A stretch of DNA of 64,000 nucleotides from Syncephalis fuscata S228 (GCA_025786725.1 JAHLTZ010000028.1:62001-126000); one strand, 5' to 3'. Counted from the stretch's first letter, positions 1 through 14,518 are shown. The notes: generated by a model not told the origin, from the sequence alone. Made by a program: numbers and translations.

Positions 1-1049
1 ATATTGATGGAACAATTTAAAGCAAGGTAATGTATTGTTATTGTCATTAGTGTGATATGGATTGAGACTAATCTATTATTATGCTCATTAGTGATGAAGG
101 TAAACAGTCAGCTTGTGAGGCAGAATTGCGGTTAGTAGAAGATTTGGTGCGTAAACAGCCTAAATCCTACTGGATCTGGAATCATCGACGATGGGTGCTT
201 GAAACGATACCTTGCGCCAATTGGCAACGCGAACTAGGACTAACCAGTCTTATGCTTGATCTGGACCAACGTAACTGTAAGATACTAAGATAGGGAGCTA
301 TATCTATGTATATATGTATTGATAGAATATACTATGATTGGATAGTTCATGGATGGCAGTATCGCTATGCGGTGATTCGGCAATTACGCGATGAGAATCC
401 AGGGCAAGACCAGCAACTTATTAAAGAAGAGCTGGCATATACAAAACAGAAAATCAGCCAAAGTTTTTCAAATGGTTCGGCATGGCATTATCGCGGTAAA
501 TTACTACCCTTAGTGCTACAAGCAACTGAGGATACATTTCGACAAATGGAACTTATTAAAGAAGGCAAGTATAAGTGGTTATATTTTAATACACTAATAT
601 ATTGTTTACTTAGAGTTTGATATGGTTCAATCGGCATTCTACACTGATCCTGATGATCAAAGTGCTTGGATTTATTATCGCTCATGGATCCAGTATTTGA
701 ATGATCATCCAGATTTACCAGGATTACACGGTATTGAATTACTACGACGAGAAGCCGAGGTTATTCGTGAATTACTCTCGATTGAGCCTGAGGCCAAGTG
801 TAAGTGGGTCATACAAGTTTATTACTTGTTTTAACCATCCTATGGACAACTATGGTTTATCGATTATTAGGGCCTCTATTAACGTTGCAACATTTAATGC
901 AACAGTTACAGAAATGTAAGGCCACTACAGGCCAGGATAGCCAAGAATTGGAACAATTGTCAAGCACGTTAATTCAAGTCGATCCAATGCGTGCTAATCG
1001 CTATAAACATTTGGGACAGACTACTGTCGCTGCCCAAATGAATGAATAA
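1..1049 (+). CDS. BET4: Rab geranylgeranyltransferase (type II) alpha subunit, 3' part (5'-truncated by window); exons ~1-26, 92-276, 346-564, 614-799, 871-1049
   Basis: PPTA repeats PKSYWIWNHRRW, DQRNFHGWQYR, FSNGSAWHYR, AFYTDPDDQSAW and C-terminal L..VDPMRANRY; spliced junctions restore frame. Confidence 0.88.
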
Positions 1050-1229
1050 AACTAAATGGTCATTTATTGTCAGTAGCTAGTCTTGATGTTTAATATATGA
1101 TACTGCGACTATTTAATATAATACAGCCTTTAATTCCAATAGCACATTATAATAAGATACTTAAAATACTTATAAAGTATTTATTTATTCTACTATTCTA
1201 CTATATAACAAGTGTAGTAGTAAGCAAAT

Positions 1230-2522
1230 TTAATCTGATGAACTACGAATAAATTTCAAAATAGCATCGTTGTATTCATCTGGCTTCTCCACGTGAATGC
1301 AATGGCCGCAGCCTCTAAACACCTTTAGCGGTGCCTGTAAGATTTCGGCAAGATATTCAGAATTGGTCGGTAAAATTAAATAGTTTATATTTCCAGTGCA
1401 AACAAGCACTTTTAGATTGCTATCTCGAATCTTGATTAGTTTCTTTTAGGTCATGTAGGGAATGCCAACAGCCTTGAACTGTGCTTGATAGCCTTTGTTT
1501 ATCCTAGCATAGTCATTGAGATCAGTTAAAAGCACCATCTGAATAAATATCATATATTGGATGTTAATGTTACAGTTAACAAACTGTATTGTATATTAAG
1601 CACCTCTAGTAAAAACTCTCAATTGGTTTTGGTGGGATCCATTCTTGATGAAGAATCTAACCATTGCTAAATACAATTATTATTAGTTAAATAATTTTGC
1701 ATTAAAGCACAGCAGCTTACGGTAGAGTAAACGTAATCTTGATTTTGCTTGAAACGTGTTACTGGATCTTGATGTCATGCATATTCTAAGCGTTTATTTG
1801 TATCTGAGTTCTAGATACGCTAAATTAACATAATTTATACAAAGCAGTAAATTGCCAATAGCTTATGGCTTTAATATACCTCTAAATTTTCAATAGTACG
1901 AAATATGCTTGTCAGGCACACGGACTCGAAGTATTGTGGATACTCGCTGGCCAATGCCTGTGAAATAAGTCCACCCATACTGGCTCCAATAAGATGTATG
2001 TCGGATGTTCATCCTAGATGGTTGAGTAGCTCGATGACGTCCATTGCCATGTCACCAATACTATATTGTAATAAAAAGTTAGTTTTTATTTTCAATATCT
2101 ATACAGTATTTACGTAAAATGTTCATCAGGAACATCTAATAATTTGAAAGAAATTAGCCAATTTAATTTGATTGCTTATACAAGCTATTTACCGGAGCTG
2201 CCTATGCCACGATTGTCAAATATACACACTTGAACATCATAATGTGGCAGAAATTGTGCTTGTGGTAGCCATACTTTGCCAATAGCGCCTAAGCCTATTG
2301 TTTCTCATTATTAAATGTTGTTTATCGCTTTCTACTTGCCGTAAATAGTATCATTGATGCCATACCCATTACAAAAATTGCCCGCTGTGTTGCGGTGCCA
2401 TATAGTTTATATGATATGCTTAATGGCCGAGCACCACAATTGGCAGCCACTTTACAAACACCTTGAGTGATGGTAGGAAGTGTTATAGTGATAAATAAAC
2501 CTTGAATAGAGTATAGGGACAA
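1230..2522 (-). pseudogene. Alpha/beta hydrolase pseudogene (5' end uncertain)
   Basis: Spliced exons give FDNRGIGSS, HLIGASMGG nucleophile elbow and GCGH; in-frame TGA at 2009-2011 (LG*TSDIHL, Trp expected) and TAA at 1446-1448; Asn at the expected catalytic Asp position (CTGNINYL). Confidence 0.78.
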
Positions 2523-3361
2523 ACTACGTCAGCACGATATTGGATAGTATGAAAAGTGGTGATGTTTAAATGCCGTATTATATTAGCTTGTTACCTCGTT
2601 ATTTAAATGTTACGGTGACAAATTTAGTCATAGCATAATATCTAAAAGGCTCATGCAGCAAGCACTTAAGCCAAAACTAGTATTTGATTGGCCACGGAAA
2701 CATATTTTACCATCGCCAATATCTAGTTTTTTATTATGCAAATGCCAAATGCAAACTCGTTGTATTTACCTTGTAATTATATACACTACAATTTTATCAT
2801 CATCATTCACCTATTCCTACTTGTTTACTTGTGGCGTTTCATAGCGTTACATTTATAATCTAGGAATTGTAAATTAGATTATTATACAACACCTTATCCT
2901 AGTGTTATACTATAACATTAGCTTCTGATATGTATTAATACTTGCCTTAGGGTTTAAAATACAATATGTTGGTTGGTTAATATTGTTCTGATAATAAGCT
3001 ATTCTTTATTATCCACTAATTATCACAGTTCAACTAGAATATACTAAATAACTTGTATGACACAGTAGAAATAAAATGAAATCAAAAACTTATTACTTTT
3101 ATTAATATTAGATAAAGTTAGCATTGTATAGTGAACATAAATAATAATAAAGCTGAAGTATTTTTAATGGTTGTATTTGGTTTAGCGTATCAGCTCGTGT
3201 AACTGCTCGTTTTTTCACAACTACCACGTAATTACATGTTATATTTTTGTAATAAATCTTTGTTACTAGCAATCAGTGCTGATATCCGCTATATATATTA
3301 TTTTGTGACTGATCGCATGCAACTTTAATGAGCCATCCAATCACATAGTATAGTTTTAGTC

Positions 3362-3787
3362 ATGTTTTACAAGACCCTGTCCGAAATATCAAAACAGCAA
3401 CAACATAATTTACAATTTGCCGTTAATCAGGTGAATGAAAACACGACAGATGACATAAGATTGGCTATGATTTCAACAAAATACAAATATTCAAATGTTT
3501 GCATTAAAAATGTAAAGCCCATTTGGACGCGTAACGATAATCTTCATGGCACAGTGCTGCTATTTGGTTTTAATTGCATCATTGTTATATCTGAGAGACG
3601 ATGGGCAATTTACAGCGTAATTGATGGCGCTATACTAGCACACACCGATGTAGAAACTTCAGGTTCAGCACTTGAACCTCATTCCTACATAGATTTGGGC
3701 ATATATGCTAATCGTTTTTCACTATATATTGGAAGATTTGCTTTTTATAAAACTAAACGCGATGAAAAAATTCTAGTAGTAAATTAA
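3362..3787 (+). other. Possible gene fragment / hypothetical ORF (141 aa)
   Basis: Open frame with protein-like composition in AT-rich DNA, but no recognisable motif or convincing upstream exons. Confidence 0.3.
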
Positions 3788-4215
3788 ATTAACACAAGAA
3801 ACGCGATTTTAATGGCAAATGGCAAAGACTATAAAATAGTAGATTTGTCCTTTTAATTGCTATAAATTTAATTTTTACTATCATTCATTAAACATTGGCA
3901 CATTATAATTTATTATTATCTAGGCAACACTACTAGGTACTTGTAATACTGTCAAAACTTCAATAAGAGTTATATAGCATAAAATGCGTGACAAAAACAA
4001 TTTCAAGTACAATAAATGCAATAAAGCTTAAATTGAAATTTCAACTATTTATGTAATTTAGTAAGCTGCGACAATAACATTTTTTTTAGTAAATAGCGAG
4101 TATAATAAAGATTAATCAAAGGAATAAAAGTTGTTTCATGAAAACTTATTTTGAATAAAACTTATTTATTATTATAGTATATTGTTATTAATTATATATA
4201 TATATATAATTTATA

Positions 4216-7200
4216 TTAAACCCAATGAACTGTGGGCAGTTCGGCGCTATATTCCCGGAATGCCTTCTCCATTAGACGGAATCCATTCTCGTCGGTGACA
4301 CGGGTAAGGCGACCATCGAGCGACAGAACCAGCAGTCGCTCGCGTACATCGGATTCGGCAAATCCAGCCCGTACTGCTTTACGCAATGCTAGCAAGTAGA
4401 ATGCATCAAAGCCAGCCGTAGATGATACACAGAGTGCAATACGATGATCATGGTCAATCACTAGCTTAACAAGGAATTGGTCACGTGGTAATCTCATTGA
4501 TGTTAAGCCAGATGGTGGTGGTGGGCCATGCGACTGCGAATAATTTAAACAGCGATTCTTATTGCTTAACGGAGTTGAAGAAAGTGCGGTATTAGTGGCA
4601 TTAGAGGAGGAAAAATTAGCGGAGTCCTGAATTGAAGCGGTGGCCAGCATCTTTGTATTAGTCGTTGACGATGATAAACAAGAAGAAGAGGAAGAAGTAA
4701 CGTTGGCGGCGGACGAGGAAGAAGAAGAAGAAGAAGAGGAAAAATAAGGAGGTAGCGGGCAAGTTGGTGCTACTGGTAAGGATCGCTCCTTTGATAAACA
4801 TTCTTCATTTAATGATGATACTGGTGTCACGCTCAAGGTGGTGACTTTTGCCTTAGGCGAAAATGAGCCTGACGACTTGGTTACAGAAGTGGATATAAGG
4901 AGAGACGGCGTATTTGTACTAGCATCAATCATGGAACGCTGCTGCCCATTTGCTGCTGTTTTATCTGTATTGAGACTTGGATGACTCTTAATAAAAGCCT
5001 CTAATGTATCAAGGTTGCTTGTTTTCCTTTCTGACCAGCTATTTTTACTAGCTATCGATGCAAATGAAGATCGTCTTGATGAAATTGATGTTCTAGATGA
5101 TGCACTCGTAGTAAGCTGTACGCTGCCTTTCTTTGCATGTGCCGCATGCGATGCTGGCGAAGACGATCGCATGTAATGCTGTCCTCTAGTAGATTCAAGT
5201 GGTATGGCCTTTGGTGTGGTTGATGTGCTTAACGACGGATTTTCATTGCTATTGATCATGTCTTGGAATAAAGACTGGCCAATACTTTTACGTAGAGGTG
5301 ATTTACTTTTAACCGGCGGCGGAATAACACCCAGGAATGACGTGACAGATGCATGGGTACTACCCGGTAGAGGAGGTACATCGACTGTACCCATAGCATG
5401 AGCATTGGCAATATTGTTCATGTCGGAGGGCAATGAACCTCGACGGGTAATTGTTTTACTATTTGCGCCTGCCTCCAAAATAGACATGCTATTTTTATGT
5501 TTCAATGTGCTTTGACCCATAATATTGGATATACTGTTCGATTTTGGTCGATGTAACTTTGGCGAGGCAAGTGGCAGTGGTCGGGCAGTGCTAGATGTTG
5601 ATTGACATACTTCAGCAGTGTCGAAATTTCTAGATAAGGCCGGTTGAGGGTGCTTAAAACTTAAAGGCCGGCCTTTTCTATTATCCGATATAGACTCAAT
5701 CGCAGTATTGGATTTACCAACGGATTCTTGTGTAAGAAAGTCCTCTGGTATATCGGATAGAGTGGGCTGTTCCATTTTGCCAGATTTGGGTGGTGATGAC
5801 GGTGACGCCTCTTCTACTGATGTCCTATGAGCACTTGAAATGGCCGAGTGAATCAGCGGTATTTCTATGTGTACTTCTATTGAAGACCTTGCTCGTGGAC
5901 GATTATTAATAGATGTTGTGCCAAGTTTTGTGACAGTAGGAAAGCTCGATAGCTCTAAGGGTGATAACGGTGAGGCAATACTACAAGGCCGGGCTGGTAA
6001 TTGCGTTGCATTGCGATGATTTGGATTATCTAGACTATTGCGACGCTGCTGGCTTGCTTTAACACGATCTATTTGATGCTGGTCACCAATGGGCGAGGTA
6101 ATATTGCGTCGAGCTGATACAATAACCGGCGTCATTAATCGTTGAAGCGGTGCTCCTCCAGCTGAGGCAGTAATCGATTCGTTATCAAATGGCTTCCGAG
6201 AGAAAATAACCGACGTTGAACGAGGCAATGGCCGTGTTGATTGTGACTGTGGCAGTACATAAGATGCAGTAGCAAATTTGGCTGAGAAGGGCGTCATAAC
6301 TGCACGGGCCATACATATTTCCTCATCCTCGCTTTCATCACTTTGACTATCACTGTCAGAGTTGCTTGATAGCGAAGATGGCTTGGATGCATCTATTTGC
6401 TGTGTATCTTTGATTTTTTGACGTACAGTAGTAGCTGTTGATTCAGAATCAGTGCTTAATATTGGTTTGCTATTATCGTTCATTGCCGCGGCTCTAGCTG
6501 ATAAAACAGAGTTCAAAGGAGAAACACTGTTTGAACGTAATGAAGGTGTGCCTAGTTTCAAATGATCGCCAGACTCTATATCCGAGTAAAACTGTGCATC
6601 AATAGCAGCTTCTAGAGCGGAGACAGCTAGAATGTCGTTGTATCACCTGCATTGCGGCAATTGATACGAGACATTATGGTGACTGGTTGAGGGGAAGCAA
6701 GTAGATCATCTTGGTAATAATCAATTGAATTTGAGGATTGGGTCGAGTTGGAATTGTTTCTATTTGTACTAGTGGTCGACCAAGTAGAAGACGACGATCT
6801 TTCTGCTGTTTCATCAACATTAGTGGTATAATGTGATAGTGAAGTATCATACGAGGAATTGGATCCTGATGTATGAGACTTTGTTTGATTCCTTTGGCGT
6901 GGGTCAGCCGACAGTGAATCTATACCAGTAGTGTTATTAATTGGATTACAAGATGAAACGCAGTTTTGATTTAATCCAAATTTCGATAACTTACCACTAA
7001 TCGATGATTGTTTATTTGTTGTTGTTGTCGTTGTTGTTGTTGTTGTGTGATATGATTGAAGTGATGAATAAGAATCGATGGATTCAGTTTTTGTATATGC
7101 TGAATAGGGTGACATGCCCGATGATACAGCTTTTGTGCTAAAAAGCTGATGGTGGTCATGATTATCTACTGTCTTTTCATTGACTCCCAATGAATCGGCC

Positions 7201-7265
7201 AAGGCCGTTTGGCCTACATTTATTTGATCCTGGGATGTAATGGGATGGGTGGTTGAAAACGACAT
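4216..7265 (-). CDS. Large Ser/Thr/Pro-rich protein with C-terminal PB1-like domain; one frameshift near 6640
   Basis: ORFs 6627-7310 and 4216-6561 join by a single-base shift; C-terminus LVKLVIDHDHRIALCV...LLVLSLDGRLTRVTDE resembles PB1. Confidence 0.7.
7018..7045 (+). repeat. (GTT)n microsatellite encoding poly-Thr on the - strand
   Basis: Directly visible trinucleotide run. Confidence 0.85.
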
Positions 7266-10200
7266 AGCGCTATATTGTTGTATAATAATGGTAGGCGTGT
7301 ATCTGTGCACTAATAAAAGAATATACCAAATATGTCACACTTTGTGCACTATAAACTGAAAGTAAACGATGGCAAAAACAAGCTACCTGCGCCAGAAGGA
7401 ATAAAAGCAAAGACAAATAGTGAGAAAGTACGAAGAAGGCAAATAGTAAAGCGGAATAAAAGGTGTAGTCCTGCTCCACCAAAAAGCTAAATGCAATAAA
7501 ATAATATCTGAGCGAGCGAGTGAATGGGAGAAAGGAGAGGAGGTGGTATAGAAAAGTCGTACACTGCAAGTCACTGTAACCGTATAAAAATAGTATGTTG
7601 CTGCCTCATCCGTGTTAGATTAGGCACTAGTACAGGCATGCGGTTGCATGAAGTCAGGTCAATACAAGAATCGGCGCTTTTAGTAGTCCAAATGGCCATA
7701 CTAACCTTGGCAATTTGGCTATCGGTCTTGGAGATTAAAGTATATTGTAAAGTATATTTTGTTGTTTTTACAGATGCCAACAAATGGTTATTACGGATGT
7801 TGGTGTTTATTATTCATATTCATTTATTCTGTTTGAAGCGCTGATTTTTTATCAGTTTTTCTTTATTGTGCTAAATGATTGCTACTTGAAGTAATGTTTA
7901 AAACATGAAATAGCCAGATATTAACATGCCATTTTGGTCATTATTATGGCTATACTAGTATTACTAGTAGAAAAAATAGAATTATTCAAGTATGACTGGT
8001 TGGATGGATGTGTGTGTGTGTTTGACTATTATGAGGAGAGAAGGGGAGGGAGAGGGAGAGGTAGGAGACAGCAGAGGAGAGAGAGAGTAAGAGAAGAGGA
8101 GGCATCCATACGTGTGTGTGTCTGGTCGAGTGTTTCCAATCCATGCGATTCTAGTAAATGATGGTGAATGGTTGATATACGCCAGATGGAGTAATTGTCC
8201 CAAAAAGCAGTCTATTTTAGCAATGTGACAACTTGCAACGTGTAGTCTGTCTCTGCAACTATCATCATTTTTGTTTGAGGAGTCGTTGTGATGGCACGCA
8301 TGCGTGGTTGACGATGCTGACTACTGATTGCTGATTGGTACATCGGCCGGTCTATGAACAATGGAAGGAAAACTCGTTTATACAACGTTTACATGTGTAC
8401 GTCGTAATAGCATCAACAATAAATAACTTACATGGTAATATACAAGTAACTATGATGGTTATTCTAGTAGGATGTATAGAATGATATTAATGGCTTAATA
8501 AAAAGAGGCCCTTTTACGGATGATTGTTATGATCTCCGTATTCATGGTTCCACTAATGGACAAGTAAAGTCGGCTGCTGGATATACACAGACACGCGCAC
8601 ACACACATAGACGCTAGGCCAGCTTCATCGACAAAACAGGCAACTAGGGCCAATCTTTTTTGGCTGGCCAATATCCTATTGATGTCCACCCAATGTCTAC
8701 TTATTTGATAATTGCTTCGTGTTTTAACACTGATATTGCTAGCCTTGACAATATCTTTTTAGCCTTGACTCTCTTTGGTGTGCGTATCCTTATGATACTA
8801 TTATTCCTAATGAGTGATCTGTAATGTAATTTGTATTTGCAATATTAATAAAATAAATGTTTAGCTGAGTGACAATAATGGTTTGTTTTCTATTATACTA
8901 AAACTAATATTATTTACTACAACATCCATACTTTATTGATGTAACTGCATTCCTACGGATAAACAGTTATTATTTTTGTAATTTAAAACTCCTATTTGTT
9001 GTTGTTCCCATTTCTTATCTTAAAATGATAAATATAGTGTGAGAATATAATAATCGCAGATACTTAATTATATACCACTTGTGTATTGATTGTTTGTATA
9101 TTATGAATAGATTCTATAAATTATTACTTTATCTACTATATGGGCTATTGCTCCAAATTCTATAATTGAGTGAAAATTGGTTTATTTTATTATAATAAGA
9201 TGTGGTGCTAATTAGTTTATTATTTTAACACATTTACTAATTATATATATATTATGTGATATATCGGAACATTTGGTAGATTAACTTTTATTCTTTACAC
9301 TCCGCTAATTACTTTATTTTAATACTTTATTTTCTTTTTGTAAAAAACTGTTTTCTAATAGCAAATTTTTCTAAATTGCTTAAAAATGACACCGAAGCTT
9401 ACATTTTAATTAAAAAGTTAAAATTTTGCAAATAATGTAGCTGATGATAAATAAACAGTTTTCATTAGTGAAGCACGGTCCATAAAACGTATAATCTTAT
9501 AGATTGAAATAATGCAAAAGAAATATATAAATAATAATAGTAAAGTTATGGCATATACGAGTAATTGAACGTGATGAACGAGATAAATTGAGCTTTATAG
9601 CAAAATATAGCTGGCACCAAACAAATAACAAGTTTCAATAACACATGATCATTGCCTTTTAAACATATATATTGAAAAGATTCTTCAGTATAAAGCGATG
9701 GATAAATAGATCATACATATACAGAATAATAATAACAACGATAGACTATAATATTGATTTTTATGATGACTAATGCCACTCCTCAACTATTCCTATGTTC
9801 AAGTGCGCGAATATTATTAAATGTGATCATTCAGTCTCCTTTCCCCCAATCTCAATATGCTTAATGATTCGATCATCAATATTTCTCACTGCTCATCTCC
9901 ATGTTCGACTACGCGAATATTCAATTCAATTGTGTGAATATTATCAAGTGCCATTATTCTACCTTCAACCTTGACACGATTGCCATTACTACTGTTATTG
10001 ACACCATACATTACTTTGTGTGACTATCACTGTCACACACACTTGGCTCTTCACTTTCTCTATTGTATGGGTCCTTTTGCTCTTTACTTGGCTGCCATTC
10101 TCACATTGCCGCAACTCGAGAAATAAACTTTGTTTCATTCGTGTTTTATTGGCTTCTAGTTCTGGTCCTGTGTAGTAAAAACAGTTTCCATCTACGCTTG

Positions 10201-10585
10201 ATAACAACATAAAGAAAAGCACAACAAAAGTAAAATTGACGAATTGTTGCCATGTTTTTGCTTAGTAAACTCCGAATATTTACCACTCACACCCCTTATC
10301 TCAAAAGGAGACTCTCTTTCTATTTTGCACTTCTATTTCTAGTAGCTGCTATTTTTGGCTTTTTTATATGGATTGTATTTACTCGAGGCAATACCTTAGA
10401 GAGTACTAAACAATTACACACCTACCCACATACGAATACATAAACACTTCCCTTAGCCAGTCCTTTGTGCTATTCTTGCTTCTTTCGTTGTTTCACTGTT
10501 ACCGTCACCACCACTACGCTACTACTACTACTACTGCCACTTTGTTCTATAATTGTTGTTCTGGTCTACAAGTCTTTATTTTATT

Positions 10586-13583
10586 ATGGAGACCGACACG
10601 CTTCCAATACAAAAGCTGGCCGGGAATCCGCCTAGCGAGTCTCCTAAACGCTCACCGCCAACGTTGCCTCGCAAATCGCCTGCTCGTTCTAAAGTTTTTA
10701 GCCTGGAGAAACCTCTGCCGCCTTTACCAGCGCCAGACCCATCTGAAATGCTTCTCTTGACGCCGCCTTATTCTGCGTCTACACTGGGTGCACACAATGT
10801 ATTTCCTGCAATGGATGCATCACTTACCAATTCGACAAACAATAACAAACAGACTGACAGCGTGCAAGATTTGACACAATTAACTTTAAACGCACCACCC
10901 AATTCAGCTATAACGTCACCCACACTACTCGTAACACCCACTGAGAGTGATGCTATTCCTGCGACAATTGATGGTGACGTGGTGGACGATTTACTGCTTA
11001 AAAAGCATACACGCCATTTAAAACGACGATCTATGCTACACCGGCCTTATGAAGGTGTGAAATTGGCCAGCGAACTTGAATCTGTTCGAGTTGTATCGTA
11101 TGAACGTCGTGAGATGGTTGCTTCTGGTATACGCTGCATGTAACGCCACGGCCACGCTACTTGCCACCGCCGCCAAAAGCACCAAAGATTGTTATGAGCC
11201 GCAACCATATGCTATTTATCGAATCTATGAGGATTTTACCGAGTTAAGCATTCGTTTGGCGTATACATTTAATTTGGATGCATCAAGTACTCGGCCATTA
11301 GCGCCTTTATTGGAAAGTTTTACACGGGCACAACAACGCAATGCTGATGTACCATTTGATATGATGGATCAGCTAGACAACTATGTAGCTCGTCTAGTAG
11401 CATCGGATCAACAATTGCAACAATCACGTCCTATGCGTGAATTTTTTGGTATTTGGCGTTCAGATGTTAATTATAAGCTGAGTCGCAGTATTGTTGATCC
11501 GTTGGCACGTACATTTGCACAGCGGACAACAATACCTGTGTCAGGCGAACAAGAAGGTAGTGACTATTTGGATGCACGTTGGTCAAATGCTGCTACATCC
11601 GGTTCACGTACACCGCCTATGACGGGTAAAGACCTTAATTCTGCCACTTCTTATTCTTCAGATGATACGATCGAATCACCGGACAATACTTCGCCTACAT
11701 TCAGCGCAATATCACCACGACTTGGTCAATCTATTCGACAATTACAGCATAATAAAAGTGTTAACAAGCTAGTACAGCGAGCGAAAACAGTGCTAGTACG
11801 CAAACGTGCTGCATCGGAATCGCGTGAAGACGAAGAAGAAGTTGCTGCCGTTGCAGCAGCTGCAACGCTTCGTAGAATGCATAATGGATCGGCTGGCGTT
11901 GTAGCTATTGCTGCTCCATGGAATCCGGCTAATACCAGCCAACCATTGACGACCGATGGCATGCCTAGACTTGTACGACTTGGTTCTTTGAATGCTATTC
12001 CGCGTCAACTGGATCCAGTGCTAACCAGAACCGCTCCATGGAATCGTAAATTCTCGCATGATGACACCGAGTCGCGTCCACGTATTTCAGAAGAAACAGC
12101 TAGAATGGCCACAAACTGGCATATTGAACCAGTGGGACTAACACGTTCACAGTCGCTAAGAGAACAGAATGATCATATCTCCAACGTCCCTCGTTTGCTT
12201 CCTATTAAGCCAATACGCCCTCGTAAGAAGCTTGACACCATTCGAGCATCAGATATTGAGCCGCCTACTCCGGAAGCAGCGGCTAATGAACCTACATCAC
12301 CCAAGATGCTAAGTAGCGACGCAGAAAATGAACTGCAATTTTTAGCATTGGAAGAGCAGTCGTTACTTAAATTTTCTGATATTGTGTCAGATACAAGCGA
12401 TGAAATTAGACCACCTTCCGGTTCAGCAATGGCCGCTGTGGCTATGCGAGTCAATGATGGCAATGAAGTATCAGGCGCGGAGGCTGATGCAATTAGAAAG
12501 CCACTCGTTCGTGCTATTACAATTGCTGGTCTGCGTCGCAAACGTACGCTTGAAATGTTAAAGCAGGATCAAGATGAAAAAGCAACCGAATCAACTGACA
12601 TTAGCAAATCTGATACTGAAGCTGATGAAGTAGAGGAGCAAGTACAAAAGGCTGTAGAAAAGGTAGATAAAGCCGAACAAGCCAAACCAATTGTTACAGT
12701 GATTGAGCCCAAAGACGAGCCAACTAAGGAAACAAATGAGATTAAATCACCACAACCAGAACTTAAAACCAAACCAGCTGCGGTTATGGACGATTTACGA
12801 CAACAATTACCATTGTTTTCGCCTTTATCGCCTGATGTGCCTATCACTCCGTATACAGGCAAAACTACACCAGCAAATAATAGCAATGTTACAGAAGTGC
12901 CAATATTCGGTGATACTAGTGCAATTATGTCATCAAACGTTAGCTGGCGATCTCGTAGTGCCGATAGTAGTCCGGTCAATCCAATTCATAGTACACCAGT
13001 ACAAACACCCAAGGGATTTACTTCAATGACGGCTGCACTATTAACGGCACAAAACGGGCCTAACGAATCAACCGAGACATTTACTGGACTACTACGCCAC
13101 CACCGTTCACAGCCGGCTATTCGTGATTCGGTGCTTATTCGACGAACGGACACTATTGCTCCACGTCCAACACCTGCTCAACTGGCTCGTGCACGTACCA
13201 TTGCTCACTCACCTAGCAGTGCATTTTTGGCTCGTCGCAACAAAGCACACCAGGTAGCTGCAACCACTAATACTACAATGACCGCTCTATCAAAAACTGC
13301 AACTAAGGTGTCAGAAGTAGGCCTAGTTGATGCCAAAGTAGTACTCGATAAGGCTCGGCTTATTAAATTACAAATTCCTCGACAAATTACGTATGATGAA
13401 TTACGTGTACGTATTGAAGAGAAATTCGAACGATGCGGCCATGGAAGCGATACGCTAAAGGACCGTATTCTTGTTTATCGCGAACCGGATGCCGATGGTG
13501 CTATCGTTCGTTTAGAAGGCGATTTTGCACTAGGTGTCGTTCTATTTGAATGTCCTGATAAGGTGACATTTTTTGCTGTTTAA
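10586..13583 (+). CDS. PX-domain plus C-terminal PB1-domain scaffold-like protein; frameshifts near 11112 and 11195
   Basis: PX-like VVSYERR-xDGCFWYTLHV...YAIYRIYEDFTELSIRL...LDNYVARL...MREFFG; C-terminal PB1 AKVVLD...ITYDELRVRIEEKF...YREPDADGAIVRLEGD. Confidence 0.75.
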
Positions 13584-14518
13584 CTTTATTATTATTTTTT
13601 ATATATTTATAACTAACGGCTCTAAATAGCCATTATACTCATTAACACACTAACCAATCAACCAATATTAACCATTACTATGAAAACTTTATATTTGCGC
13701 ACCTGTTTATTCATTACAATAAAACTTTATATATCTGCATTGCTACTTTAACAAACTATTCTTTATTATTACTATTAAAGATGTATTAGTGTCAATTGTA
13801 CATTTGTGTTATTTTTATTCATTTACTATGAACTAATATTGGAAAAAGGCCTACGTTATAGCCAAGCTTTCATTGTATAACCTAGCCTTTTTTTCATATG
13901 ATTGAATAGAAACTTGATAGACCAATGCTTGGCTAACTAATTGCCGCTTTTGCCGAATCAACGCCGGAAAGTTAATGATGTGTATTTTACATTAATAATG
14001 GATTTATTAATAAATAGAACATGTTAGAAACAGAAAAAAAAAGATTTGCTTTTACATTCATTGAAAATAAACAGCTTATTAGGCATATTGTTATTAATAC
14101 ATTGAAATAATAGCCTTATACTATATACAGTTGTTTATACAATCAATTAATTAAGATAAAATGACAAAGTATTAGTTTATGTTACCTGGCAGGTAGAACA
14201 TTGTTTAACAATCAACTGGTTCATATTGAATACGTAACGTGTCTATTTGCTATATTTCAATGACTGCAAATACTTTATTGGTTTTTTTCATGACCAGGCT
14301 TACGTATTACGACATAGTTTGCTTATTTATTGCTAGGGGCGTTGTAGCCGCCTTGGATGCTTTAGTCACTACTATGCTGATGAATAATCGTCAAAGACGT
14401 AAAACTAATGACGAATGATGTCATGGCAATCTGAATCCATATATAACCATCCCCATTTGCCACGTAGCCACCAAGCATTGCCTATTACCTTTTGTTTTCT
14501 TTCCATCACTTATTCATC

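Noticed and set aside
6627-6646. 20-nt GT-AG mini-intron that would repair the frame
   Set aside because: Far shorter than the other introns here and without a branch site; a single-base indel is simpler
13843-13892. Small imperfect hairpin downstream of the PX-PB1 gene
   Set aside because: Short and AT-rich, plausible by chance
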